Source: Octopus sinensis (lineage: Eukaryota). From it: a stretch of 64,000 bases of DNA. The notes beneath the pieces were generated by a model. It was not told where the DNA came from. It saw only the letters and a list, made by a program, of their open reading frames with translations, and ran no database searches. The stretch spans positions 88,164,001 to 88,228,000 of the forward strand of contig NC_043000.1 in assembly GCF_006345805.1 (NCBI RefSeq), in the 5' to 3' direction. Of this stretch, positions 13,461 to 25,410 are shown one piece after another. The first letter of the stretch is position 1, and the number at the start of each line of letters is the position of its first letter. Position numbers and translations under genes: made by a program.

Positions 13461-14865
13461 TAGCAAATGTATAGTATACACTACCTAGTCATTCATTACA
13501 TGGTTTCTATTTTCAGTGCTTCTGATAACGAAGTTATCTTTGACGTTATCACAATTTTGAATGACATAAAATGTCGGTCTTCATTAGATCTGGACTTACA
13601 GCTTCCCTACTGGTAGTCATTTAGGAGAATGATATTCAAAGTAGTTGAGGAACGTCATTGTTAATGGCTGACTTGCTTACATTTGAGAAATTAGAATGGA
13701 GTGTGATAGAAACATAGTTGACAGGGTCAGAGCGTTGTCCTTCATTGATACAAAAGTTCTTGGTTGAGGAAATAGTATTTTCGCATTTAGCTAATAAATG
13801 TTTATATTCGTTTCTGTCAAATCCTATTCCTGTATCCGCTGAAAATATGATTGAATTCAGTTGTCAGTTGCATTTCTATTTTATTTCCAAGTAGGCCTTT
13901 AGATCACCCACAAAAGAATTGATATATTACTTTAGTGTCACCTGCTGCAGTAGATAGCACATAATCCATGGTTGCTTATAAAAGGAATGACACTAGATAT
14001 ATTACTAAAACATACAAAGGAACAGACCGTCTTTTCCCTTATAATAGTCCCTCCGAAAGACATAACAGTGGGTACTATCTTTTTGGTTTCAGTCACAAAG
14101 TAGAGGGATCTTGACTAAGATTTTCTTGATTAAGGTCGAAGGTGCTTTTGTCAAATGCAATGATTTCCGTAGGTATGAACTGATAATCAAACGCCTTTCT
14201 ACAGTTATATCACACTCACAAATTTTCGTTTCCATTCATTTCAGACAGCTTGACATTATTCGTTAAAAACTTTTTGGAATATATTCAGTCATTTCTTTTT
14301 CACAGCCTGATCATCACTCGATACACTGAGGGACTGACATTGGTCTCTCAGGAATTGAGTGAGACAAATTGTGTAAAATATTCAGGCAGAATATGTTCAA
14401 AATATTCAGCACGAATATTTTGAACAAAATATCCAAGAAAGCCTTTAAGTTTCTGTTCTTTTTTTTTCATTCTTTGTTTCAAGACTTTCCAAGAATTATT
14501 GGCACATTCGGGAACTTTTGCAATTCCAGTTCGATTATCAGGAAGTATGCAATTTCTAGTTTGGGGTATTGGTTGCTTCTTTCCTAAACTATGGACATGG
14601 AGAGAATTGGCAGTGTCTTGCATGAGTGAGAAGTTCTTTCTAGAGATAGCGTGGCTCATCTGTTAATCAGATGATAACATCTAGAAAAGGTTATCTATAC
14701 AATGCAGCTTGCCTAATCCTATAACAAGCAAGCAGTCTTGTTGCCAGCGGTTATCTCTTCTTTAAGGGTTCTGTGGTAACTTCCAAGAAATATTCAACTT
14801 CTCAAGTGATGGCCATACAGGGAAACAACGTAACTTCTGTAGTGTGTGCATATATGCATATACAT

Positions 14866-14972
<107 letters not shown>

Positions 14973-15145
14973 TCAGGTGGATGCTGAAATATACAAGCTT
15001 TCTTCATTCTCTGTTTATTTTCTCTTATTTCTTTCTGTTGAAGAGCGTAGGCTTGAAATATAGAAGACTTTTTCATTTTCCTGAGTTTCAAAGTAATACA
15101 CTTGCTTGTCGTTCATACACCTGTCTTCGTCTTTTGCTTTTCTAT
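14973..15145 (+). mobile_element. Solo PLE pseudo-LTR-like remnant with a degenerate hammerhead, between microsatellites
   Basis: cttt-CTGTTGA-a-gagc-gtag-gctt-GAAAT-at-a-gaag at 15031-15066; flanked by (TA)n-type tracts. Confidence 0.5.
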
Positions 15146-15155
15146 AAATTATGTT

Positions 15156-15209
<54 letters not shown>

Positions 15210-15410
15210 ATATATATATGTATGTATATGTGTATGTGTGTGATGTATGTATGTATGTTTTATATGTGTGTGTGCGTGTGTGTGTATACATATATATGTA
15301 TATATATATATATACATATATATGTATACACACGCACGCACACACACATATAAATACATACATACACACACACATGTATGCATATATGCATGCATATCGT
15401 TCATGCATAC

Positions 15411-15474
<64 letters not shown>

Positions 15475-15948
15475 ATGTATGTATGCATGAACGATATGCA
15501 TGCATATATGCATACATGCATGCATATATGCATACATGCATGCATGTATGTCATTATTCAGTTTTATTTCAAAATTTCTTGCCAATAATGAGCCGGTTTC
15601 TAACCTCAATCCAAGGCACCTTCATTGGAATTTCAACGTCAACAACAGGGTATTTTTTACGTATGTATGTACGTATGTATGTATGTATGTATGTATGTAT
15701 GTATGTATGTATGTATGTATGTATGTATGTATTTATGTATGTATGCATGTACGTATGTATATGTATTTGAGTGACTGTCTAATTGAGACATTTTTCTCTC
15801 CCCTTTTTTACCCTTCTCGCCCTTTCTTTCTGTAGAAGAGTGCGCGCTCCGAAAATAAAAGACTTTCCGTTCTACTTTTCTTGAGTGTAAGCCTTTTACA
15901 ATCCGCTTGTGGATTTCTTTTACCTTATATTCGTAGTATTTTAGCCAT

Positions 15949-16024
<76 letters not shown>

Positions 16025-16039
16025 TTGTTTTATTATTTT

Positions 16040-16445
16040 ACTTGCTTCAGTCATGTGACTGCAGCCATGCTGGAGCACCGCTTTTAGTCGAACAAATCGA
16101 CCGCAGGACTTATTCTTTGTAACCATAGTCAGTCTCTTTTGCCGAACCACTAAGTTACGGGAACGTAAACACACCAAAATCGGTTGTTAAGCGATGGTTG
16201 GTGGACAAACACAGACACACATGCAGATAAACACACACACACACACACCACACACACACATATATATATATATATTATATATATATTTACGACGGGCTTC
16301 TTTCTGTATCCGTCTACCAAATCCACTCAAAAGGCTTTGGTCGGCCCAAGGTTATAGTAGGAGACACTGGCCGAAGGTGCCTCGCAATGGGACTGAACCC
16401 GAAACCATGTGGTTGGTAAGCAAGCTTCTTACCACACACCAACCT
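16040..16445 (-). mobile_element. tRNA-derived SINE family A, near full length with internal (CA)/(TA) tract
   Basis: Minus strand starts with a tRNA-like head (ggtgtgtggtaagaagcttgcttaccaaccacatggtttcgggttcagtccc, A/B-box-like); body is shared with other copies. Confidence 0.9.
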
Positions 16446-16984
16446 CTGTGCCTATATACTCACTCATGCACTTTATGTGTATGTTCGTCTATATTTGAAT
16501 GCGTGTATAAGTATGGGATGGCAAAATCTCGCTCTCTTTAGTAAATATATTTTGTAGTAAACTGTCTTGGCTATCTCCATTTAGGCCTGGTCGATTGTTC
16601 TTCCCCTCCGCCAGATTTCATGAAATAAGTAGTTAACAAACACCGATGTCGATATCTCTGAGTAAAACCATTGAATAGACAATGTAATCCGATGCCTGAA
16701 TCCATTTAGAGAAGAACAGAAAAAAACGGATGCATTGTGTGTGTATGTGAGAGAGAGCGAGTACTTGAGTCTGTCTATGTCTTTCTGACCGTGTATGTGT
16801 TTGTGCACACATATATAAATATACACTCATGCACACACATATATAACAATATAGGTGGTATGTCTCTTTCTGTAGGTTCCTTAGTTCGTCGGATAAATTG
16901 TGTGTGTGTGTGTGTGTGTGTGCATGAGTGTTTATGTGGTTCTGTAAATTCCTTAATTCGTCGCATAAATTGTGTTGCGTTAAT

Positions 16985-17060
16985 CGTTCCGGTGCTCCGC
17001 ACTCTGAGTTCAAATCACACTGAGTTTCAATTATTCATCCATTCAGGGTCGCTAAATAAA
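16985..17060 (+). mobile_element. SINE family B fragment
   Basis: ctgagttcaaatc...tcatccattcagggtcgctaaataaa matches other family B copies. Confidence 0.6.
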
Positions 17061-17834
17061 TAATTCAATTCCTGTTTCTCCAAGTCTTTCGTTCTGTCTG
17101 TCCCCTACTCGATTTGAAGAAATCGATTGTGGCCAGTGCGTGGGGTAGGATGGGGTGGGGTGGCTAAACTTTGCCAAGCCTAAATGTATTTCTGTCACTG
17201 ATATTTGTTTTGTCTTTTGATAATCATTTACATTACAAATCGTTTTTGGACCTATTGAGATAAAATGTAATTGCATTTTCGTGGTATGTGCGCATGTGTG
17301 TGCGCGCGCCTGTTTGTATGCGTGTGTATTATTCGTCTGCATGTATGTGTTTGTATGTGTACATGTGTGTATGCATGTGTATGTGTATGTATGTATGCGA
17401 TGTGTGCGCTTATGCATGTATGTATGTATGAGTATGTGGGTCTGTATGTATGTGATGATGTGCGTAAAATTCTACAGATATCGGGAAACCAAATAAAAAT
17501 AACTACTAGAATCTTACCCATTATATGACATTAGAAGTAAATTTTGCCACCATTCAATATGTTGCAGCTACTCTGGGGTACCGTCGCAAAAGGTCAAGTT
17601 GATGAAATTAACCAAAGTAGATGAAATGAATTCTAACTTTCAGAAGAAAAGAAATTATCATCTTAAAAGAAACGGAACGAGTTTCTCGGCTGTATATTTG
17701 TAATAAATATATATTGCTAGTGTTCCAAATTCTATCAGCATAATCGCAATTTGTACCATAGAAAAGCTATCTCTGCAAAAATTTTATTAAAATAATGTGA
17801 ACTTTTGAGAAATTTCTCATTTTCCTTTTATGAC

Positions 17835-18330
17835 CGGGTTTCAACCCGGGCTGCAACAATAAAGCCTACCCGTCACACTTCTCGGTCCAATATCACTGCC
17901 TCGAGGTCTCGGATAAACTCCAGGCCAGCGTATGCGACCAATTTGACGATGTAAGTGTGACGATGCTTTCTTTCTTATATCACCATATAGTGAGTTCCAC
18001 AAGACTAATTTGGATGCGTCCAGTTCAGGGGGACGCACGCAGCGACCAGTAAGTCGGGACTGCTTTTGCTTGATCTTCTCGCTAACTTTCGGCAAGTCTC
18101 CGCAAAAGCATTCGTTTGTCATATGTTGCTGCCATTTCACATTTAGGGTCATTCATAGCATCCTTGTGTAGCAGCCACCTAATCCGTTTGGTGAGTTCTT
18201 GGTTAGTATCTATGTTTCACTACCATATAACAGCACTGACTCGACAGTTGCAATGAATAGCTTGGTTTTGATTCGCTTGTTACAAAGTCTCATACGTGAA
18301 GTGTTTTTGGTAAATTTTAAATTAATTGTT
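17835..18330 (-). mobile_element. RTE-clade LINE 3' fragment (post-RT region), decayed
   Basis: Minus frames give LFIATVESVLLYGSET*ILT, then GCYTRML, and MTLNVKWQQHMTNECFCGDLPKVSEKIKQKQSRLTGRCVRPPELDASKLVLW. These match RTE C-terminal motifs (YGSETW, YTRMLR, RLAGHCVR). Confidence 0.8.
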
Positions 18331-18994
18331 ACTGTACTTCTCTGTTTGCTCTGTCTACCATTCTCTTTATTCGTTGTAAAATGTGAATGGAGAAATCAAC
18401 CAAACAACATTATATCGGTTATTGTTATACAGAAACAAGTTGCTTATTTTTAGGAGACCGGTGTTTATTTTTTTCTCTTCCATCCTTTTTTTTCTCGAAC
18501 ATTCCAGAGTGTCCCCTTTTTCTTTCCCTTTCTTTGTTTCTCTCTCTTTCTCTCAATATCTGTATCCTGTTGCATGCAAATATCTCTATTGTATCTGAGT
18601 GGAAAAATACAGGCAGGTGACACGAACTTTTAAAGGAAAAGACACATATCTCCACAACTCAGCAATTTCACTGGATCCACTGGTTGGGCATGATGTAAAC
18701 GTTTGGCGCCAAAGCTTTTCAACTCTAACTTAGGTCTAACTGGATGTGAGTTCTGCTGTGTTGACAGGTTTATTATGTTTATAATGTCAAAGTAACCTTT
18801 TCCCATTCATGCTCTCGATCGTCACGGAGATTAGAATCAAAATAATTCTATATTCTTCATGAGCATAATACTAGATGCTAAGTTGTGGATTACAAATGTT
18901 ATTCAAATGAAAGAAATATTTTTTCATGATGCAATTATGTTCATCTGTAAAAACACTCGTCTCAAACAGCTGTTGTGAACCTCAACCAATTTGC

Positions 18995-19046
<52 letters not shown>

Positions 19047-19129
19047 TATTAGAGACAAACCCTATTTTGCAAAACAAACAAGGAAACTTAATCAATACAT
19101 AAAATTTTAATAATAGTCAAAAAAAACCG

Positions 19130-19172
19130 CCACTACAATTGTTTCTTGTCTTGATCGACAATCTTCAGGTGG
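19130..19172 (-). ncRNA. Minimal type-I hammerhead ribozyme (left-arm copy)
   Basis: Exact reverse complement of the motif at 23491-23533. Confidence 0.85.
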
Positions 19173-22100
19173 ACTTCCATCTAAAATATCAATGTGTTAA
19201 AAATAAAAATAATATTTTAAAATAATTGAAGTATGAATGAAAAAATATAAATATATAATCCATATATAACATATATAATCCATATATAATCAATATATAA
19301 ACAATATATAAACTAAAATAAACCTATCAACAATTAATATAAATATAAAATATAAAATATAAAATATAAAATATAAAATATAAAACAAAACAAAAAATAA
19401 TAATAATATAATAATAAACTATATATACACCCATACACATATACCTAATTATATATAACCATATCTAACTACATACACTAAATCACACCCCTATATATAT
19501 ATCCCTATACATACACATAAAAACGTCTAGGCAACTATAAATAAATAAAATAGCTAAATACTTCAACACAATACTTATTCATACTCCCACACACACACAC
19601 ATACAACCCACATTCACGCTCTAGAAAACGGACATCACTTAAAATTATGAACGGAGAAATAGAATAAATGAATTAAAAATTATATTCACTTGGTAAAACG
19701 AACACTACTTAAAATTATGAATGAAACAATGCAATAAAACAACAGACATCGCAAATAGACACAAATTACTACGAATTCCTTAACAAACCTACCATGATAA
19801 ACCAAAACTCATAAAAACATATAATGATAAAATCTCCCTTTACTAAACTCTATAACATACCTATATAGCAATCCCCCTAACCTAAACATTCACACACAAA
19901 TACACACACGTAAACCACACACCCACGACATATACAAATACCCACACCACTTACACATACCTATACATACATATAAACCTCAACATATACTCCAAAAACC
20001 CACTCAACCCCACACAGACAAATAAACACAAAAATTATGAATGGATTCTTTTATAAAACTACCATGATAGCTAAAACTCACAAAACATAAATGATAAAAC
20101 CTCCCTTACTAAACACTATAACATACTTATATAGCAATCCCTTTAACCTATACATTCATACACAAATACACACACGTAAACCACACACCCATAACAAATA
20201 CAAACACCCACCCCACTCACACACACCCACAAGTACATATAAGCCTCACATATACACCAAACAAAATTACTTTACCAAGGAACTTAACATATGTATAAAA
20301 AGTATAACCGCTCTGGAAACGAACATCTTTTAAAATAATGAATGGAGAAATGGAATAAATGGAATTAAAAATAATATTCACGTGGCAAAACGAACACCAC
20401 TCAAAAATTATGAATGAAACAATGTAAAAACAACCAACAACGAAAATAGACAAATTACCACGAATTCCCTAAAAAAAAACCATGATAAACCAAAACTCTT
20501 AAAACATATAACGATAAAATCTCCCTTTGCTAACTCTATAACAAACCTATATAGCAATCCCCCTAACCTAAACATTCACACACAAAAAACACACACGTAA
20601 ACACAGACCACCCACGACTATACACATACCTATACTAACTTATAAACCTCAATATACACCAAAAACCCACTCCCTCCCCACACAGACAAATTAACACATA
20701 CATCCCAAAACCTAAATAACAAACCCATATACACATTCACACACAAACACACACACAACGCAAAACACCACACACAACAGATACTTATACTCCCTCACAT
20801 ATACGCATATACATACTCACTAAAATCGATATATACAACAATATTTACACACCCACACTCATACAGATAAATAAATTATACAACTAAAAACTCACACACA
20901 ATCTCATATACATAAACACTCCAATAAAAAACAACATTAAATAATCGTAATTAACCAGAATATCAAAAATAACAATATGACATAAGGAGAAATAAAATAC
21001 ATACTTACAAGTCAGTTTCAAATTATGAAGTGAAATTAAATTCTTAGCCGTTAAAAAAACCAAACCAAAATTACGTTACCATAGAAATATAACTTATGTA
21101 AATATACACATGGAGACTACCACACAGGTACAAATGTGTATAGTAATGGGAGCCCCATCACTACACTCAATGTATACTCTCACCCATCCGCACGGATTGA
21201 AAGCGAAAGCGAATCTCCGGTGTATATGTTGAGGCTTATATGTAGCGCTGTGGAGTTGAACGTCGTTGAAATTGTGAATGAATGGGTGGAGTTGGGAATT
21301 GTAACCGGGTGGTGGGCTAGCGTTGCTGGAATTGGGAATGGAATAGTGTAGTAGTAAGGCAGGTATCGAGAATAGATTTGGTTACTGCAAGTTGTTTGTT
21401 AGAGCTGCTAAGATGAGCTAAAGCTCATAATTGTATATAATAATTTATTATGGTAGTTTTATTAAAGAATCCATTCATAATAAATTTTTTTAAGTAGTGT
21501 TGGTTTGCCACGTGGATATAGTTTTTAGTTCCATTTATTCTATTTCTCCATTCATAATTTTAAATGACGTTTACTTTCCATGGCGCATATTCTTTTTTTA
21601 CATAAGTTATATTTCTATGGTAACGTAATTTTGGTTTTGAAACTGACTTGTAAGTATGTATTTTATTTCTCCTTATGTCATATTGTTATTTTTGATATTC
21701 TGGTTAATTACGATGTATTTAATGTTGTTTTTTATTGGAGTGTTTATGTATATGAGATTGTGTATGAGTTTTTAGTTGTATAATTTATTTATCTGTATGA
21801 GTGTGGGTGTGTAAATATTGTTGTATATATCGATTTTAGTGAGTATGTATATGCGTATATGTGAGGGAGTATAAGTATCTGTTGTGTGTGTGTGTTTTGC
21901 GTGTGTGTGTTTGTGTGTGAATGTGTATATGGGTTTGTTATTTAGGTTTTGGGATGTATGTGTTAATTTGTCTGTGTGGGGAGGGAGTGGGTTTTTGGTG
22001 TATATTGAGGTTTATAAGTTAGTATAGGTATGTGTATAAGTCGTGGGTCTGTGGTTTACGTGTGTGTTTTTTGTGTGTGAATGTTTAGGTTAGGGGGATT

Positions 22101-23490
22101 GCTATATAGGTTTGTTATAGAGTTTAGCAAAGGGAGATTTTATCGTTATATGTTTTTAAGAGTTTTGGTTTATCATGGTTTTTTTTTAGGGAATTCGTGG
22201 TAATTTGTCTATTTTCGTTGTTGGTTGTTTTATTACATTGTTTCATTCATAATTTTTGAGTGGTGTTCGTTTTGCCACGTGAATATTATTTTTAATTCCA
22301 TTTATTCCATTTCTCCATTCATTATTTTAAAAGATGTTCGTTTCCAGAGCGGTTATACTTTTTATACATATGTTAAGTTCCTTGGTAAAGTAATTTTGTT
22401 TGGTGTATATGTTGAGGCTTATATGTACTTGTGGGTGTGTGTGAGTGGGGTGGGTGTTTGTATTTGTTATGGGTGTGGTGGTTACGTGTGTGTATTTGTG
22501 TATGAATGTATAGGTTAAAGGGATTGCTATATAAGTATGTTATAGTGTTTAGTAAAGGGAGGTTTTATCATTTATGTTTTGTGAGTTTTAGCTTATCATG
22601 GTAGTTTTATAAAAGAATCCATTCATAATTTTTGTGTTTATTTGTCTGTGTGGGGTTGAGTGGGTTTTTGGAGTATATGTTGAGGTTTTATGTATGTATA
22701 GGTATGTGTAAGTGGTGTGGGTATTTGTATATGTCGTGGGTGTGTGGTTTACGTGTGTGTATTTGTGTGTGAATGTTTAGGTTAGGGGGATTGCTATATA
22801 GGTATGTTATAGAGTTTAGTAAAGGGAGATTTTATCATTATATGTTTTTATGAGTTTTGGTTTATCATGGTAGGTTTTTTAAGGAATTCGTAGTAATTTG
22901 TGTCTATTTGCGATGTCTGTTGTTTTATTGCATTGTTTCATTCATAATTTTTAAGTAGTGTTCGTTTTACCAAGTGAATATAATTTTTAATTCCATTTAT
23001 TCTATTTCTCCGTTCATAATTTTAAGTGATGTCCGTTTTCTAGAGCGTGAATGTGGGTTGTATGTGTGTGTGTGTGTGGGAGTATGAATAAGTATTGTGT
23101 TGAAGTATGTAGCTATTTTATTTATTATAGTTGCCTAGACGTTTTTATGTGTATGTATAGGGATATATATATAGGGGTGTGATTTAGTGTATGTAGTTAG
23201 ATATGGTTATATATAATTAGGTATATGTGTATGGGTGTATATATAGTTTATTATTATATATCATTATTATTTTTTGTTTTGTTTTATATTTTATATTTAA
23301 TATTTTATATTTTATATTTTATATTTAATTGTTGATAGGTTTATTTTAGTTTATATATTGTTTATATATTGATTATATATGGATTATATATAGGTTATAT
23401 AGGATTATATATTTATTTTTTCATCATACTTTAATTATTTTAAAATTATTATTTTTATATTTTAAAATATTGATATTTTAGATTGGAAGT

Positions 23491-23533
23491 CCACCTGAAG
23501 ATTGTCGATCAAGACAAGAAACAATTGTAGTGG
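23491..23533 (+). ncRNA. Minimal type-I hammerhead ribozyme
   Basis: ccac [stem I] CTGAAGA [core] ttgtc-gatcaa-gacaa [stem II] GAAAC-aatt-GTA [2-bp stem III within the palindrome ACAATTGT; GUA cleavage triplet] gtgg [stem I']. Confidence 0.85.
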
Positions 23534-23728
23534 CGGTTTTTTTGACTATTTATTAAAATTTTATGTATTGATTAAGTCTTTCCTTGTTTGTTTTGCAAAA
23601 TAGTGGTTTTGTCTCTAATAATATTTTATTTTATAATATTTTACTATAAAATGGATTTAATCCTAAATCTGATTTTTTCCCTGTAAATTTGGATTATCCC
23701 TAATATTTATTATTATTATTATTATATA

Positions 23729-23782
<54 letters not shown>

Positions 23783-23786
<4 letters not shown>

Positions 23787-23895
23787 AATTAAAACCACCT
23801 TTCCTTCTCTGAGCGTCTGCTAATATTCTACATGTACCACGTACTCGCGTTGTTTTTTTTTGCGTTTGTTTTTGTTTTTTTTATTAACTATATAT
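23783..23895 (+). mobile_element. Truncated pLTR tail related to 27883-28078
   Basis: gaaattaaaaccacctttccttctctgagcgtctgctaata...ccacgtactcgcgttgt resembles gaaacgttaaaccttccttc...ctgagcgtccaataata...ccacgtcctcgtgttgt; bounded by (TA)n. Confidence 0.5.
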
Positions 23896-23930
23896 ATGTA
23901 GAGACATTTGAGATTTTTTCTAGGTGAATC

Positions 23931-23998
23931 TAGCCGATGAGAACTGATGAAATTTACGTTAACAAATGTAATTTAGAAAGTTCGAAATGTACGTGCAT
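23931..23998 (+). ncRNA. Degenerate hammerhead-like motif with long stem II
   Basis: tagc-CGATGA-gaact...agttc-GAAAT-gtac-gtg, with an inner hairpin (aatttac/gtaattt); several core substitutions. Confidence 0.35.
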
Positions 23999-25063
23999 GT
24001 ACATTTCTACTTATATATTGAATCATTCCCAAGCATAGTTTTGTTTCTCAGCTTTAAGTTTCTGGCAATATATATATATTCGTTTCACAATAGTATACAA
24101 ATGTATACGTATAACTCGTTACGGTTTTCTTCTGCTAGTGAAATTGTTACGTTGTACTATACTAAGCACACGTGGCCTTGTTTACGCTGTATTTCGTCTC
24201 GATGTGTTACTATTTTTTAAACATATCCGTTAGATTCTTGTGTTTTACTGCACATATAGACTTGCATACACATTGATATGTCTTTCTTTTACTTTTTCGT
24301 CTCTCTCACTATTATTATTGTTGTTATCATTATTTTTCCCTTTCACAACGTGATTTGTAAATTCTTCGATTTTCCCTTACTGCCCCATCTGTGATCTCTT
24401 ATTGTATCGTATTTTATTTTTATTTTTATTTTATTTTATTCTATTTCATCTTATTAAACTTTCTTGATGTTCTTCAAAACATTCCTCACACTGATGAGAA
24501 TGACAATCCATAAATCTAAATCTAATTATAATTACTATGATTAAATTTGTTTTCTTACATTATTTACATTATTTTTTGAAACGTACGTATGCATTGAATC
24601 CAGTTTTGCAATAAATCTATTTCTGATTCAACATTTTTTCTCTATTTTTTAATACTTGTCTATGGTATATTTCTATACCTATAACGAAACTCCTTAAATA
24701 TTATTTTCATATTCTTATTACTTGCTCTGGCTGATTTTTATGAATATGATGAGTCTTTATCAGAAATCAATTTTTTCTCTCTTTTAGGATACCCCCAAAA
24801 AGTTTTAATTGTTCTTCTCTCTCTCACACACACACACACACTTATATATATGTATAGGGAGTGTAGTAAAAAAGTATATGACCTTAATTTTTTTTGCACA
24901 AAATAATAATGCGTGAGCAAAATCCGCATGGGTATTAGGTCGTTGCGTTCTTCCTGAGAATGCACCAACATATTCATGTCTGTAGGTTCCGCTATTCACC
25001 CTCAGTGACACATTGAGTACAGACGTAAGGAGTGTGCTGTGCGATTTTTCTTTTTGAGTCAAT

Positions 25064-25345
25064 ACGACCGAGCGCATTGAGCAAAGGTACTGTATCAAAT
25101 TCTGTCAAGAACTTGGTTACAATTAACAAAGGATTCTACCCGTGGGTTCTTTGTCGCCTTTGGGAAGCTGTGCGGCGAAAACGACCCGACCTGTGAACAG
25201 CAAAGAACTGGCAACTCCACCATACCAACGCACCCGCTCATTGCGCCCACTTCGCCCAAGCATTCCTCGTTAAGCAAAACACACCACTTGTTCGTCAGGC
25301 TTCGTACTCCCCAAGGCGAATACTTTTCTTTCTGACTACACCTGG

Positions 25346-25349
<4 letters not shown>
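25064..25349 (+). mobile_element. Internally deleted mariner transposase remnant with right TIR-like end
   Basis: Translates TTERIEQRYCIKFCQELG, joined directly to TINKGFYPWVLCRLWEAVRRKRPDL*TAKNWQLHHTNAPAH...VRQASYSP (mariner HHDNAPAH and YSPDL regions). Ends gaatacttttctttctgactacacctggtata. Confidence 0.85.

Positions 25350-25410
<61 letters not shown>

Larger units (their letters stand above)
19041..23626. mobile_element. Large non-coding inverted-repeat element (~2-kb arms) with hammerhead-containing PLE-type termini
   Basis: 19041-~21102 is the reverse complement of ~21598-23626 (aaatattattagagac / gtctctaataatattt; ccgccactacaattgtttcttgtcttgatcgacaatcttcaggtgg on both arms). Left flank is (TA)n; a (TA)n tract starts ~100 bp beyond the right end. 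Confidence 0.85.

Noticed and set aside
16395-16445. tRNA gene
   Set aside because: The tRNA-like A/B boxes are the head of a SINE and continue into the SINE body; no cloverleaf with an acceptor stem.
17142-17163. G-quadruplex (ggggtaggatggggtggggtgg)
   Set aside because: Only three runs of three or more G; at best a weak two-tier structure with no functional context.
19620-20700. CRISPR-like repeat/spacer array
   Set aside because: Units are 170-240-bp diverged modules without short identical repeats or unique spacers; eukaryotic context and no cas genes.
21133-21165. QMCIVMGAPS as a PLE RT 'GxPMGxP' motif in the palindrome centre
   Set aside because: Short match in a garbled region with no flanking RT motifs, and opposite in sense to the left-arm HHR.
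24491-24515. CTGATGAgaatgacaatc as a hammerhead
   Set aside because: The 5' core box is present but there is no GAAA or cleavage triplet downstream.
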